Shown here: piece after piece, positions 47,745-58,308 of the stretch
Numbering within the stretch: the first letter of the stretch is position 1
How the letters are laid out: each line of letters starts with the position of its first letter
Source: Gammaproteobacteria bacterium
GTDB taxonomy: Bacteria > Pseudomonadota > Gammaproteobacteria > Steroidobacterales > Foliamicaceae
Reading direction: 5' to 3'
Assembly: GCA_963665145.1 (NCBI GenBank)
Contig: OY762064.1
Span: 2,790,382 to 2,854,381, forward strand
DNA: 64,000 nt
Translations under genes and position numbers: made by a program
The notes under the pieces: generated by a model
What the model was told of the DNA's origin: nothing
Seen by the model: the letters and a program-made list of their open reading frames with translations, nothing else
Database searches by the model: none

Positions 47745-48995
47745 ATGCGGGGCAAGCCCAGACTGAAGAACCCCATCCTGCGGACCCGGCAGCCATTGAC
47801 GCCACCGATGCCCCGCAGCCGCGCGGCCCTGGGGCTGACGGCGCGCGCGGCACTGGGACATTTCTCCTTGCAGCGTTGCGAGCAATGCGGGCAGGTGCAA
47901 TACCCGCCGGTGGATTGCTGTCGGGACTGTCTGTCCGAGGAATTGGCGTGGACCGGAATGTCCGGTCGCGGCGAGTTGCTGGCACACACCACGCTGCATC
48001 ACAGCAACGATTCCTTTTACCGCGAGCGCCTGCCCTGGCGCCTGGGGCTGACCCGGTTGGAAGAGGGACCGGTGGTGGTGGCCCACCTGCACCGTGATTG
48101 CCCGCCGCCGCCCGCTCCCGTGCGGGTTACGGCTAAACTGGACAAGGCGGGAAGAGGCGTGCTGGTGGCGCTCCCCGCCGACGAATTGGGAGACATGAGT
48201 ACAGATCCGCGACACGGCGAGTTTTCTTGCGATCCTGAACACCGCAAGGTGCTTGTGACCGACGGCAAGAGCCGTGTCGGCCAGGCATTGGTTCACGCGC
48301 TGGCCGAGGCCGGCGCGGCCGTCATCTGGGTGGGGCAGGCCGAGCCCTGGAAGCAATACGAAGGCCAGGAAGCCGTCGGGAAACTGCCGCAGGTCACCGT
48401 GGTGCCGCTGGACCTGACCGACGAGCGAGGCGTCTATCGCATCGGAGCGGAGATCGGTGGGCGGGTGGACATTCTCATCAACAATGCCGAAGTGCATCGC
48501 ACCGAGGGCATCGCCACCCGTGGCGGCGCCGAACTGGCCCGGCGGGAAATGGAGGTCAACTACCTGGGACTGCTGCGCCTGGCCCAGGCCTTCGGCCCGG
48601 CGATGCGGTCGCGCGGGGCCGATGGCGGCGCGTCGGCCACGGCCTGGGTGAACGTATTGAGCGTCTATGCACTGAGCAACTACCCGCCGCACGGTACGTA
48701 TTCAGCGTCCAAGGCCGCGGCGCTGTCCCTCTCCCAATGTCTGCGCGCGGAGATGCAGGACGCAGGCATCCGGGTCATGAACGTCTTCCCCGGCCCGATC
48801 GACGAACAATGGAACCAGTCCTTGCCGCCGCCCAAGCTGGCGCCGGAGCGGCTGGCCCGCGAAATTGTCCAGGGACTGCGCGATGGACTCGAAGACGTGT
48901 TCCCGGGCGACGTGGCGCGCGAATGGCTGGAGCGCTGGCGCGACAATCCCAAGGTGCTGGAGCGCGAACTGGCGCTGGAGACACAGGGGCAATGA
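47745..48995 (+). CDS. DUF35 Zn-ribbon/OB-fold domain fused to an SDR oxidoreductase
   Basis: QRCEQCG...YPP...CRDC Zn ribbon. C-terminal SDR with INNA and YSASK. Confidence 0.85.
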   Translation: MRGKPRLKNPILRTRQPLTPPMPRSRAALGLTARAALGHFSLQRCEQCGQVQYPPVDCCRDCLSEELAWTGMSGRGELLAHTTLHHSNDSFYRERLPWRLGLTRLEEGPVVVAHLHRDCPPPPAPVRVTAKLDKAGRGVLVALPADELGDMSTDPRHGEFSCDPEHRKVLVTDGKSRVGQALVHALAEAGAAVIWVGQAEPWKQYEGQEAVGKLPQVTVVPLDLTDERGVYRIGAEIGGRVDILINNAEVHRTEGIATRGGAELARREMEVNYLGLLRLAQAFGPAMRSRGADGGASATAWVNVLSVYALSNYPPHGTYSASKAAALSLSQCLRAEMQDAGIRVMNVFPGPIDEQWNQSLPPPKLAPERLAREIVQGLRDGLEDVFPGDVAREWLERWRDNPKVLERELALETQGQ

Positions 48996-49720
48996 GCACC
49001 GATCGGGTCTGGCTGACGGGCGGGAGTTCGGGTATCGGCGCCTGTCTGGCCGAAATGCTGGCAGAGCAGGGGAGCGAAGTCATCTGCTTTTCCCGCCGCC
49101 CGGCTCCAGTCCGTTCCGCCCGAGTGAAATCGATCGCCGTTGACCTGGCCGATCCGGAGGCGACCCGCGAGGCATTCGCGGATGCCGCGGGCAACGTGCC
49201 GGCCAATCGGCTGGTGCACAACGCCGGCGTGATCCGCGAGCGGCCACTGGAGGAGGTCACTCAGGAAGATATGGATGCACTCGCCCGCCTGCACATGGGC
49301 GCCGCGGTGGCGATGGTCCAGGCCAATCTTGAAACCATGCGCGAGGCCGGCGGGGGCCGGATCGTTCTGGTATCCAGCAGGGCGGTCGTCGGGCTCGCGA
49401 AACGAACGGCCTATGCCTCCACGAAGGCGGGAATGCTGGGACTGGCCCGCACCTGGGCCCTGGAACTGGCGCCGCTGAAGGTCACCTCCAACGTGATCCT
49501 GCCGGGCCCGATCGCCGAAACGGAAATGTTCGACGGCGTGGTGCAGCCCGGAAGCGAACGGGCCGCGAAGCTCGCGTCCTCGATTCCTCTCGGGCGCCTG
49601 GGCCGTCCCGAAGACGTTGCCCGCGCCGCTTTGTTCTTCCTGGATGAGGCCAGTGGCTACGTGACCGGCCAGGCCTTGTACGTTTGTGGCGGCACCTCGG
49701 TAGGCTCGCTGACGCTGTGA
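48992..49720 (+). CDS. Short-chain dehydrogenase/reductase
   Basis: TGGSSGIG, HNAG, YASTK and PLGRLGRPED motifs. Confidence 0.92.
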   Translation: MSTDRVWLTGGSSGIGACLAEMLAEQGSEVICFSRRPAPVRSARVKSIAVDLADPEATREAFADAAGNVPANRLVHNAGVIRERPLEEVTQEDMDALARLHMGAAVAMVQANLETMREAGGGRIVLVSSRAVVGLAKRTAYASTKAGMLGLARTWALELAPLKVTSNVILPGPIAETEMFDGVVQPGSERAAKLASSIPLGRLGRPEDVARAALFFLDEASGYVTGQALYVCGGTSVGSLTL

Positions 49721-50508
49721 ACGCGGTTCTCCAGGAATTGCTTGCCGGCATTGCCGACGAGAAAGTCCGTGTCGTGGATCTCACCCACACGCTGAATGCG
49801 GCGTTTCCGCAGCTCAGCCTGCCTCCGGAGATGGGCCAGGCGCTGCCGTTTCGGAGCGAGGAAATCTCGCGCTACGACGGCCGCGGCCCGGCCTGGTACT
49901 GGAACAACTTCACGCTATGCGAGCACACCGGAACCCACTTCGACGCGCCGATCCATTGGATTTCGGGGCGTGAGCTGGCGAACAATTCGGTGGATACGAT
50001 TCCGCCGGAGCACATGATTGCCCCGGCCTGCGTTGTGGAATGCACCGAGGACGCAGAACGCGACGCGGACTTTCTCCTGACGCGCGAGCGCCTGGAGGCC
50101 TGGGAGCAGGAGCACGGGCGTATCCAGGCCGGTTCCTGGGTCCTGATGCGCACCGGATGGTGCCGTCGCGTGAACGACCCCGTTGCCTTCCAGAACTTCG
50201 ATGAAACGGGCCAGCACACGCCGGGACCGGATGTCGACTGCGTGCGCTTTCTGGTCGACGAGCGCGACGTCTTGGGCTTCGGCACCGAAACGATCGGCAC
50301 CGACAGCGGCCAGGCGCAACGCCTGAACCCCCCGTTTCCCTGCCATTTCTACATGCATGGCGCGGGCAAGTACGGCCTTCAGTGCCTCAACAACCTCGAT
50401 CAACTCCCCGCCACCGGGTCGGTCCTCTTCACCGCTCCGCTCAAACTCGAAGAAGGCTCCGGCAGCCCCCTCCGCGTCCTCGCCCTCACTTCAGGCCCGG
50501 CCGATTGA
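49717..50508 (+). CDS. Cyclase-family metal hydrolase (isatin hydrolase/kynurenine formamidase-like)
   Basis: EHTGTHFDAPIHW, IGTDSGQ, PPFPCH and GSGSPLRVLA motifs. Confidence 0.88.
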   Translation: MNAVLQELLAGIADEKVRVVDLTHTLNAAFPQLSLPPEMGQALPFRSEEISRYDGRGPAWYWNNFTLCEHTGTHFDAPIHWISGRELANNSVDTIPPEHMIAPACVVECTEDAERDADFLLTRERLEAWEQEHGRIQAGSWVLMRTGWCRRVNDPVAFQNFDETGQHTPGPDVDCVRFLVDERDVLGFGTETIGTDSGQAQRLNPPFPCHFYMHGAGKYGLQCLNNLDQLPATGSVLFTAPLKLEEGSGSPLRVLALTSGPAD

Positions 50509-50604
50509 TCGGTTGCCTGCGAGACGCAACCGTACGGCGGGTTGCGGCATCCAGAAAATGACGGAGGCTTTTGTGGCCTCGAATTACCGAGAGGAGAGAC
50601 CGAA

Positions 50605-51075
50605 ATGAAGAGAGGACTGATTACCGGTGCTGCGGTGCTGCTGACTTTTGGCGCCACCGCCGCCCAGGCGCATGATCCGGTTGCCCAGCGCGTCAACTGG
50701 CTGAGCGAAAGGCTGGAATTGACCGAGGAACAGCAGGCGGAAGTGCAGGGCATTTACGCCGAGGAACAGGAACAGCGCAAGGCCTTGATGGCTGAGCAAA
50801 AGGAAATGCGCAAGGCCATGGTCGAGCAACGCAAAGCGATGCGGGATAAGTCGAAGGCGATCCGAGAGGCTTCCCGCGAGCAACTTTCCGGTGTGCTGAC
50901 CGAGGAACAGGGCGCCAGGCTGGCCGAGATGCGCGAAGGCATGCAAAAGCGCGCCATCATGCGTCGCGGCATGGACCGCAGCCGAGGCTGGGACGGCAGA
51001 CGCGAAGCAGCCAAGCGCATGTTCCGCCAACGCCAGATGAAGAAAAACGCCGAAGCTCCCTCCGCTGAGGAATAG
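50605..51075 (+). CDS. Periplasmic Spy/CpxP-like helical protein
   Basis: Signal peptide (AQA cleavage site), two LTEEQ motifs, Met/Arg-rich coiled coil. Confidence 0.7.
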   Translation: MKRGLITGAAVLLTFGATAAQAHDPVAQRVNWLSERLELTEEQQAEVQGIYAEEQEQRKALMAEQKEMRKAMVEQRKAMRDKSKAIREASREQLSGVLTEEQGARLAEMREGMQKRAIMRRGMDRSRGWDGRREAAKRMFRQRQMKKNAEAPSAEE

Positions 51076-51080
51076 TCCCC

Positions 51081-51168
51081 TTCCGCCATCCGGCGGAAAC
51101 TCCCTGGCCCTTTGACGCAGGGGCCAAAGAGAGCGCCGGCGCAGCCATCGGAAGTGCTGCGCCGGCGC
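51081..51168. other. Three consecutive GC-rich stem-loops (terminator or RNA-stability candidates)
   Basis: ttccgcc/ggcggaa; tggccc/gggcca; and a 13-bp perfect pair gcgccggcgcagc/gctgcgccggcgc. Confidence 0.5.
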
Positions 51169-51187
51169 AATATGCGTACCAACTGTT

Positions 51188-51297
51188 CGGGCTCTCTTGC
51201 ACCCTTCCTTCCAGGAGACGTATGAACCCATCCATGGGGCTCGGTGCCGACATCCCTGTCGGCAACGCTCCTGGAAGGAAGGGTGCAAGAGAGCCCG
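51188..51297. repeat. REPIN/MITE-like element with 30-bp perfect terminal inverted repeats
   Basis: cgggctctcttgcacccttccttccaggag (51188-51217) pairs with 51268-51297. The core holds the hairpins cccatccatggg and tgccgacatccctgtcggca. Confidence 0.7.
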
Positions 51298-51373
51298 GCT
51301 ACAGCCTGCATATGCACATAAACACAGGCTTTTCGCCTGCATCAATTGACAGTCACCGGCGTACAATCGCCGG

Positions 51374-53269
51374 ATGCCCGAAATAACGCTTCCCGACGGC
51401 AGCCGCCGCAGCTATGACGCACCTCCCAGCGTGGCGGAGGTGGCGGCCGATATCGGCCCGGGGCTGGCGCGCGCGGCGCTGGCCGGTCGCGTCGGGGGAC
51501 AGCTTGTGGACACCGATTTCCGCATCGAAAACGACGCCGATCTGGCGATCGTGACCGCCCGCGATGCGGACGGCCTTGAGATTCTGCGTCATTCCACCGC
51601 CCATCTCCTGGCACAGGCTGTGCAGGAACTCTTTCCCGGCGCCCAGGTCACGATCGGGCCGGTCATCGAAGACGGTTTCTATTACGATTTCGCCTACGAG
51701 CGCGGATTCACGCCCGAAGACCTTCAGCGCATCGAACAGCGGATGAAGGAGTTGGCGAAGGCCGACCTGCCGGTGTCTCGTGAGACCGTCGGCCGCGATG
51801 ACGCGGTAGAGTACTTCAAGTCCATCGGTGAGCACTACAAGGCCGAAATCATCTCCGGTATTCCCCGGGATGAATCCATCACCTTGTATGGCCAGGGCGA
51901 TTGGAAGGACCTTTGCCGAGGTCCCCACGTACCGTCGACAGGTCATCTGAAGGCGTTCAAGCTCACTCGGACGGCCGGCGCCTACTGGCGCGGGGATTCG
52001 GCCAACGAGCAATTGAAGCGCATTTACGGTACGGCCTGGGCCGACTCGAAGTCACTCAAGGCCTATCTCAAGCGTCTGGAGGAGGCTGCCAGGCGGGACC
52101 ATCGCCGCATCGGCACCGACCTCGACCTGTTCAGCATCCAGGAGGACGCAGGCGGCGGGCTGGTGTTCTGGCATCCCAGGGGCGCCCGCATCCGCCGGGT
52201 CATCGAGGACTTCTGGCGCGACAGGCACGAGAAGGCGGGCTACGAACTGCTGTTCACGCCGCACATCGCCCTGGAAGACCTCTGGGACCGGTCCGGGCAT
52301 ACCGACTTCTACCGGGAGTCCATGTATTCGCCGGTAGAGGAGGAGGGCCGCGGTTACCAGTTGCGCCCCATGAACTGCCCGTTCCACATACTGATCTATC
52401 GCAACCGCTTGCGTTCGCACCGTGAATTGCCGCTGCGCTGGGCGGAGCTGGGAACCGTGTACCGTCGCGAAATGTCGGGCGCCCTTCACGGGCTGCTGCG
52501 CGTTCGCGGGTTCACGCAGGACGACGCGCACGTGTTCTGTACCGAGGAGCAGATCGAGGGTGAAATCGTGCGCATCCTGGACCTGGCGCTGGAGCTCTTC
52601 ACGGCCTTCGGTTTCGAGGAATTCAATACGGTCCTTGCCACTCGTCCCGAAAAGGCCGTGGGAACGCCCGAGATCTGGGAACGCGCCACCGACGCACTTC
52701 AGTCCGCGCTGCGAAAGAGGGAGATGAAGTTCGAGATGGATGCCGGCGGCGGGGCCTTTTACGGTCCCAAGATCGACATCAAGATTCGCGACGCCATCGG
52801 CCGTGAGTGGCAGTGCTCCACGGTGCAGCTCGATTTCAATCTGCCGGAGCGCTTCGACCTGGAGTATGTAGCAGCCGACGGAACGCGGCGGCAGCCGATC
52901 ATGATTCACCGGGCATTGCTGGGTTCGCTGGAACGCTTCTTCGGCATTCTCGTGGAGCATTACGCCGGCAAGTTCCCTTTCTGGCTGGCGCCGGTGCAGA
53001 CCGCCGTGCTGGCGATAACCCAGCGGCAGGAAGACTATGCCCGCGAGGTGCTGAGAGTGTTGCGGAAAGCGGGTTTGAGGGCCGACTGCGACTTGAGAAG
53101 CGAGACGATAGGCTATAAAATCCGCGACCATACTCTGCAAGGAGTTCCCTACCTCCTGGTACTCGGAGATCGCGAGGAAAAGGAGGGCACTGTAGCCGTA
53201 CGGTCGCTGAAGACCGGTGATCTCGGCGCCATGTCTCTGGATGATTTCATGGCCAAGGTTGCCGTTTGA
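51374..53269 (+). CDS. thrS: Threonine--tRNA ligase
   Basis: [36 protein letters not shown] and HRA..GSLERF motifs. Confidence 0.97.
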   Translation: MPEITLPDGSRRSYDAPPSVAEVAADIGPGLARAALAGRVGGQLVDTDFRIENDADLAIVTARDADGLEILRHSTAHLLAQAVQELFPGAQVTIGPVIEDGFYYDFAYERGFTPEDLQRIEQRMKELAKADLPVSRETVGRDDAVEYFKSIGEHYKAEIISGIPRDESITLYGQGDWKDLCRGPHVPSTGHLKAFKLTRTAGAYWRGDSANEQLKRIYGTAWADSKSLKAYLKRLEEAARRDHRRIGTDLDLFSIQEDAGGGLVFWHPRGARIRRVIEDFWRDRHEKAGYELLFTPHIALEDLWDRSGHTDFYRESMYSPVEEEGRGYQLRPMNCPFHILIYRNRLRSHRELPLRWAELGTVYRREMSGALHGLLRVRGFTQDDAHVFCTEEQIEGEIVRILDLALELFTAFGFEEFNTVLATRPEKAVGTPEIWERATDALQSALRKREMKFEMDAGGGAFYGPKIDIKIRDAIGREWQCSTVQLDFNLPERFDLEYVAADGTRRQPIMIHRALLGSLERFFGILVEHYAGKFPFWLAPVQTAVLAITQRQEDYAREVLRVLRKAGLRADCDLRSETIGYKIRDHTLQGVPYLLVLGDREEKEGTVAVRSLKTGDLGAMSLDDFMAKVAV

Positions 53270-53332
53270 GGGGCCGTTTGAGGGTAACCTTGCACGGAGT
53301 TTTCGAGAACTAGCTGCCCGGAGGACATCAAT

Positions 53333-53854
53333 ATCGCTCAAAAGAAGCGGATTCTTCGCAACGAGGAAATCGAAGCCTATGAGCTTCGCGTAATCGGCGA
53401 AGATTCCAAACAGATCGGCGTCATGAACCGCGAGGACGCGCTCCGCACCGCACAGGAACGGGGCCTGGACCTGGTGGAAGTGGATCCAAACGCCTCGCCT
53501 CCCGTTTGCAAGATACTCGACTACGGCCGTTACGTATTTGAGCAGAACAAGCGGGCGCATGCGGCAAGGAAGCGGCAGAAGCAGATTCAGGTCAAGGAGA
53601 TCAAGCTCCGGCCCGGTACCGACAAGGGTGACTACGAGGTCAAGTTGCGCAATGTGTTGCGGTTTCTCGAACACGGCGACAAGACGAAGATCACCTTGCG
53701 CTTCCGGGGCCGGGAAATGGTGCACCAGGAACTCGGCGCGAAGTTGCTGGACCGGGTGCGGGAGGACTTGAGCGAAGTTGCATTGGTGGAGCAGGAGCCG
53801 AAACTGGAAGGGCGGCAGCTCACCATGGTGATGGCGCCGCGCAAGCGAACTTGA
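53333..53854 (+). CDS. infC: Translation initiation factor IF-3 (non-canonical ATC start)
   Basis: GGAGG precedes ATC GCT CAA AAG at 53333, in frame with the [18 protein letters not shown] and FRGRE motifs. Confidence 0.95.
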   Translation: MAQKKRILRNEEIEAYELRVIGEDSKQIGVMNREDALRTAQERGLDLVEVDPNASPPVCKILDYGRYVFEQNKRAHAARKRQKQIQVKEIKLRPGTDKGDYEVKLRNVLRFLEHGDKTKITLRFRGREMVHQELGAKLLDRVREDLSEVALVEQEPKLEGRQLTMVMAPRKRT

Positions 53855-53879
53855 GCCGATACGGAGCCTGGAGAATGAT

Positions 53880-54077
53880 ATGCCAAAGCAGAAGACCAAT
53901 CGCGGCGCGGCCAAGCGCCTGAAACGCACCGGTGGCGGCTCGTTCAAGCGGGCGCAATCGCACCTTAATCACATTCTCACCAAGAAGAGCAGCAAGCGTA
54001 AGCGTAAGCTGGGTTCTCCCGCCGTGGTTGCAAAGGCGGACGTGCAAGGCGCCCGGCGCCTTCTGCCGTACGCGTAG
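53880..54077 (+). CDS. rpmI: 50S ribosomal protein L35
   Basis: [13 protein letters not shown]...HILTKK. Confidence 0.97.
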   Translation: MPKQKTNRGAAKRLKRTGGGSFKRAQSHLNHILTKKSSKRKRKLGSPAVVAKADVQGARRLLPYA

Positions 54078-54144
54078 GTATTTCTGCTCGGTGCGGGGCG
54101 CGTCGGGCGGGCAACAGGGTTTACTTTTAGAGGCGAAGTGCAAT

Positions 54145-54495
54145 ATGGCCAGGGTTAAACGTGGCGTAACGACGCATGCAAGGCACAAGAAGGTCTTAAA
54201 GAAGGCCAAGGGCTACCAGGGGGCACGCAGCCGTTCGTACCGCGTTGCGCGCCAGGCGGTTACCAAGGCCGGTCAATATGCTTATCGGGACCGCAGGCAA
54301 CGCAAACGAAATTTCCGGGCGCTTTGGATTGTGCGCATCAACGCGGCGGCCCGGCTGAACGGCCTGACCTACAGCCGCTTCATGAGCGGCCTGCGCAAGG
54401 CGGAAATCGAACTGGACCGCAAGGTACTGGCTTATCTGGCGGTGCACCATCAGGAGGCGTTTGCCGATTTGGCGAAGCGCGCCGCGGCGGCTTGA
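54145..54495 (+). CDS. rplT: 50S ribosomal protein L20
   Basis: MARVKRGV...[24 protein letters not shown]. Confidence 0.97.
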   Translation: MARVKRGVTTHARHKKVLKKAKGYQGARSRSYRVARQAVTKAGQYAYRDRRQRKRNFRALWIVRINAAARLNGLTYSRFMSGLRKAEIELDRKVLAYLAVHHQEAFADLAKRAAAA

Positions 54496-55493
54496 CCCCG
54501 CTCCCCGTGGGGGATCTTAAACAGCAGGTGCGCGAGGCGCTGGCGGAGATCGAGTCCGCCGATACTCTGGATGCGCTCGAAGCACTGCGGGTCCGGCTGC
54601 TGGGCCGCAAGGGAGCGCTGACGGCACGGCTTAAGGCTCTCGGCGCTTTGCCGCCGGAGGAGCGGCCGGCCGCGGGCAAAGCGGTCAATGAAGCCAAGCA
54701 GGCCTTAAGCGCCGCCATCGCGGCGCGCAAGAAAGACTTGAGCGAGCGCCGGCTCGACCAAGAACTGAGCGCAGGTGGAATCGACGTGACGCTGCCGGGG
54801 CGTGGAATCCCGCCCGGATCCCGGCATCCCCTCACGCGAACGATAAGGCGGATTCGGGACATCCTTACCGGCGCCGGTTTCGGTGCGCGCTCGGGGCCGG
54901 AAGTGGAAGACGATTTCCACAATTTCACCGCCCTGAACATGCCGGAGAACCACCCGGCGCGCGACATGCACGACACCTTCTACCTGCCCTCGGGCATGCT
55001 GCTTCGCACTCATACCTCGCCGGTCCAGGTGCGAACCATGCTCGCGGAGGGCGCGCCGCTCAAGGTGATTTCACTGGGCAGGGTGTTCCGGCGGGACTCG
55101 GACCAGACGCACACGCCGGTGTTTCACCAGGTCGAAGGCCTGGCGGTGGATGAAGGTGTGAGTTTTGCGAACCTCAAGTCGCTGCTGCACGAGTTTGCCG
55201 AGCAATTCTTCGAGCGGTCCGTCGAGGTGCGCTTTCGCGCCTCCTACTTCCCGTTCACCGAACCTTCCGCCGAAATGGATGTCCGCTGGGGCGACGGTGG
55301 CTGGCTGGAGATCCTGGGCTGTGGAATGGTCCATCCCGAAGTCTTGCGCTTCGGCGGCGTGGACCCCGAGCGGTACACCGGCTACGCCTTCGGCATGGGC
55401 GTGGAGCGGATGGCCATGCTGCGCTATGGCGTGCGCGACATCCGCCGGTTCTTCGACAACGACATCCGGTTCCTGGAGCAGTTTGCGCCGTGA
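54492..55493 (+). CDS. pheS: Phenylalanine--tRNA ligase alpha subunit
   Basis: [30 protein letters not shown] and FGMGVER motifs. Start is TTG 54492 or GTG 54507. Confidence 0.96.
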   Translation: MTPLPVGDLKQQVREALAEIESADTLDALEALRVRLLGRKGALTARLKALGALPPEERPAAGKAVNEAKQALSAAIAARKKDLSERRLDQELSAGGIDVTLPGRGIPPGSRHPLTRTIRRIRDILTGAGFGARSGPEVEDDFHNFTALNMPENHPARDMHDTFYLPSGMLLRTHTSPVQVRTMLAEGAPLKVISLGRVFRRDSDQTHTPVFHQVEGLAVDEGVSFANLKSLLHEFAEQFFERSVEVRFRASYFPFTEPSAEMDVRWGDGGWLEILGCGMVHPEVLRFGGVDPERYTGYAFGMGVERMAMLRYGVRDIRRFFDNDIRFLEQFAP

Positions 55494-57523
55494 AAATCGA
55501 CCTTGCATGGCTGCGCGAATGGTGCAATCCGGATGTGAGCGATGAGGACCTTGCGCATCGCCTCACGATGGCGGGCCTTGAGGTCGACCGCTTTGTACGC
55601 GGGCAGGACGGCCCCGGCGTTCTCGAGTTTGCGCTGACCCCCAATCGGGCGGACTGCTTTTCCGTGCGCGGTGTCGCGCGCGAAGTCGCTGCCCTGTTTG
55701 CGGAAGAACTATCCGGTCTGGAGGTTGCCGTTAGTCCCGCCGTGAGCGGGACGGCCCCGGAATTGAGCCTGGCCGCGCCGGATGGCTGCCCGCGTTTTGC
55801 AGGGCGGGTGATCGAGGACTTTGATCCACAGGCCGAGACCCCGGATTTCATCAAACAGCGCCTGACCGCTGCGGGCGTGAGGCCGTTGCACCTGCTGGTG
55901 GACGTGACCAACTACGTCATGCTGGAACTGGGCCAGCCGATGCACGCCTATGACCTCACGCGCTTGAACGGCGACCTTTGCGCGCGCTGGGCCCGGCAGG
56001 GGGAGCCACTGACGCTTCTCGACGGCACAGAACTGAAGCTGGAATCCGACGTGCTGGTGATCGCGGATAAAAAACACGCGGTCGCAGCCGCCGGGATCAT
56101 GGGAGGTCTCGGCAGCGCGGTCAACGAGAGCACGTCGTCCGTCCTGCTGGAATCAGCCTTCTTCGCGCCCGCCGCCGTGGCCGGCAGGGCCCGGCGCCTG
56201 GGCATGCAAACGGAGGCGTCCTTGAGATTTGAGCGCGGCGTGGACCCGGCGGGGCAGGTTGAGGCCATCGAACGCGCCACCGGGTTGATTCTCGGTGCCG
56301 GTGGTGGGCAGGCAGGCCCGGTTGTCGACTCCCGCGATGCCACGCATATTCCGCAACGTGATCTGATTGAGCTGCGGCGTGACCGGCTTGCGGGCGTCCT
56401 GGGCGTGGCGCTGCCCGATTCCGAAGTTGCGGCCATGCTGTCGCGCCTGGGCATGGAGGTGAAGGACCTCGGGTCCGGATGGAAGGTCAGCGCGCCGTCT
56501 TTCCGGTTCGACCTGGTTTCCGAGGCCGACCTGGTGGAGGAGATCGCCCGTATCCACGGCTACGAGAACATTCCCGAGGTTCCGGCAAGCTGGAGCGCCC
56601 ACCCCGTAGCGGCAACCGAGCAGCGGGTGGATCCGGACCGCTTACGCGCACTGTTGGTGGACCGGGGCTACTACGAGTGCCTGAACTACAGCTTCCTCGA
56701 CGAGGAATCGCACAAACCGTTTCACTCCGGTGAGCCGGAACTGGAACTGGCCAACCCGCTTTCCGGCGAACTTTCGGTGTTGCGCCGCTCGCTCTGGCCC
56801 GGACTGTTGCGCAACTATCGGGCCAACCGGGACCGTGGAACCCCAAGTGCCCGATTGTTTGAGATCGGCGTGTGTTTTTCGGGGCAGCCGGATGAGATAC
56901 ACGAGGAGACCTGGATTGCCGGCCTGCTGGCCGGCGAGGCCGTTCCGGAGCAGTGGGGCGTGAAGCAGCGGGAAGCGGATTTCTTTGACGCTCGCGGTGA
57001 TGTCGAGGCGATCCTTGGATTGTCCCCGGGGTCGGGCGAATTCGATTTCGAGGCAGACCGGCAGCCGGCCCTGCGGCCGGGACGCTGCGTACAAGTGCGG
57101 CGTAGCGGGGAACCGGTCGGCTGGCTGGGGGAATTGCATCCACGCCTGGTGGACGGCGCCTGCGCTCCGCAGCTCTATTGCTTGCGACTCGATGCAGTTC
57201 TTCAGTCCCGCCCCGCCGCCGTTTCCGATGTCTCCCGCTATCCGGCCGTTCGACGCGACCTTTCACTGATTGCTCCGTCGTCGGTCCCGGTCGGTGAAAT
57301 GCTGGCCGCTACCCGCGCCCACGGTGGCGAATTGCTCTCGGAGGTCAAGGTGTTCGACCTGTATGAAGGTGGGAAAAGCTTGCGGGCTAATACAAGAAGC
57401 GTGGGTTTAGGCTTGATTTTTCAGTCAATTTCGCGCACACTGACGGACGCAGAGGTGGACCAGGCCGTAGCGGGAGTGGTTTCGCATCTGGTGGAGAAGT
57501 TTGGGGTTGGCGTTCGGGAATGA
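55490..57523 (+). CDS. pheT: Phenylalanine--tRNA ligase beta subunit (short, lacks B2 OB-fold)
   Basis: [43 protein letters not shown] and YPAVRRDL motifs; 677 aa. Confidence 0.95.
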   Translation: MKIDLAWLREWCNPDVSDEDLAHRLTMAGLEVDRFVRGQDGPGVLEFALTPNRADCFSVRGVAREVAALFAEELSGLEVAVSPAVSGTAPELSLAAPDGCPRFAGRVIEDFDPQAETPDFIKQRLTAAGVRPLHLLVDVTNYVMLELGQPMHAYDLTRLNGDLCARWARQGEPLTLLDGTELKLESDVLVIADKKHAVAAAGIMGGLGSAVNESTSSVLLESAFFAPAAVAGRARRLGMQTEASLRFERGVDPAGQVEAIERATGLILGAGGGQAGPVVDSRDATHIPQRDLIELRRDRLAGVLGVALPDSEVAAMLSRLGMEVKDLGSGWKVSAPSFRFDLVSEADLVEEIARIHGYENIPEVPASWSAHPVAATEQRVDPDRLRALLVDRGYYECLNYSFLDEESHKPFHSGEPELELANPLSGELSVLRRSLWPGLLRNYRANRDRGTPSARLFEIGVCFSGQPDEIHEETWIAGLLAGEAVPEQWGVKQREADFFDARGDVEAILGLSPGSGEFDFEADRQPALRPGRCVQVRRSGEPVGWLGELHPRLVDGACAPQLYCLRLDAVLQSRPAAVSDVSRYPAVRRDLSLIAPSSVPVGEMLAATRAHGGELLSEVKVFDLYEGGKSLRANTRSVGLGLIFQSISRTLTDAEVDQAVAGVVSHLVEKFGVGVRE

Positions 57524-57825
57524 AACGAAATATGCTCACCCGGGCCGGGATCGTAAGCTCGCTGCACGCCAATATCGGCATGAGCAAGCAGGAGAGCGCG
57601 ATGGTCGTAAATGCGGTGTTCGAGAGCATCAGTGATGCGCTGGTGGACGGCAGCCGCGTGAAGATATCCGGTTTCGGCAATTTCGACCTGCGTGACAAGG
57701 GTGAGCGGCCCGGCCGCAACCCGCGGACCGGGGAGAGCATTCCGATCAGCGTCAGGCGGGTTGTGACCTTTTCCGCGGGGCAAAAACTGAGGCAACTGGT
57801 GGAAGCGGGTGCTGGACCAGATTGA
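57520..57825 (+). CDS. ihfA: Integration host factor alpha
   Basis: [22 protein letters not shown], located after pheT. Confidence 0.93.
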   Translation: MKRNMLTRAGIVSSLHANIGMSKQESAMVVNAVFESISDALVDGSRVKISGFGNFDLRDKGERPGRNPRTGESIPISVRRVVTFSAGQKLRQLVEAGAGPD

Positions 57826-58165
57826 ACAGGACCTCAAGCTTCCGCCGATTCCGGCGAAGCGGCTGTTTACGATCGGCGAGGCCAGCACGCTGTGCCAGGT
57901 TGAGCAGCATGTGCTGCGATACTGGGAAAAGGAATTTCCGCAACTGAATCCCACCAAGCGCCGCGGAGGGCGTCGCTACTATCAGCCGCAGGACATCATG
58001 CTGATTCGGCAGATACGGCATTTGCTGCAGATTGAGGGTTATACGCTGGCCGGGGCGCGCCAGCGCCTGGAGGGCGAAGATTCGCGCCAGGACCAGAGCC
58101 ATCTCAAGCAATTCGTGCGCCAGATGCGGGTTGAGCTGGAGGAATTGCACCGTTTGCTGCGCTAG
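57809..58165 (+). CDS. MerR-family regulator (conserved ihfA-linked type)
   Basis: [21 protein letters not shown] and RRYY motifs. Confidence 0.9.
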   Translation: MLDQIEQDLKLPPIPAKRLFTIGEASTLCQVEQHVLRYWEKEFPQLNPTKRRGGRRYYQPQDIMLIRQIRHLLQIEGYTLAGARQRLEGEDSRQDQSHLKQFVRQMRVELEELHRLLR

Positions 58166-58210
58166 GCCGCGCCCGGCGGCCGCGCCACGCGATAGAATCT
58201 GCACCCGGTC

Positions 58211-58287
<77 letters not shown>

Positions 58288-58308
58288 TTTTCCTCGCACT
58301 TTCTCGAA

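Noticed and set aside
50509-50560. Possible ECF sigma promoter or hairpin upstream of the Spy-like gene
   Set aside because: The match (GCAACC...GCATC) is too weak to support without a known consensus.
53333-53335. ATC start of infC as a novelty
   Set aside because: Non-canonical infC starts are established autoregulation.
52052-53947. 631-aa minus-strand ORF opposite thrS/infC (similar ones at 46950-48692 and 60527-62131)
   Set aside because: Antisense shadows of well-supported genes.
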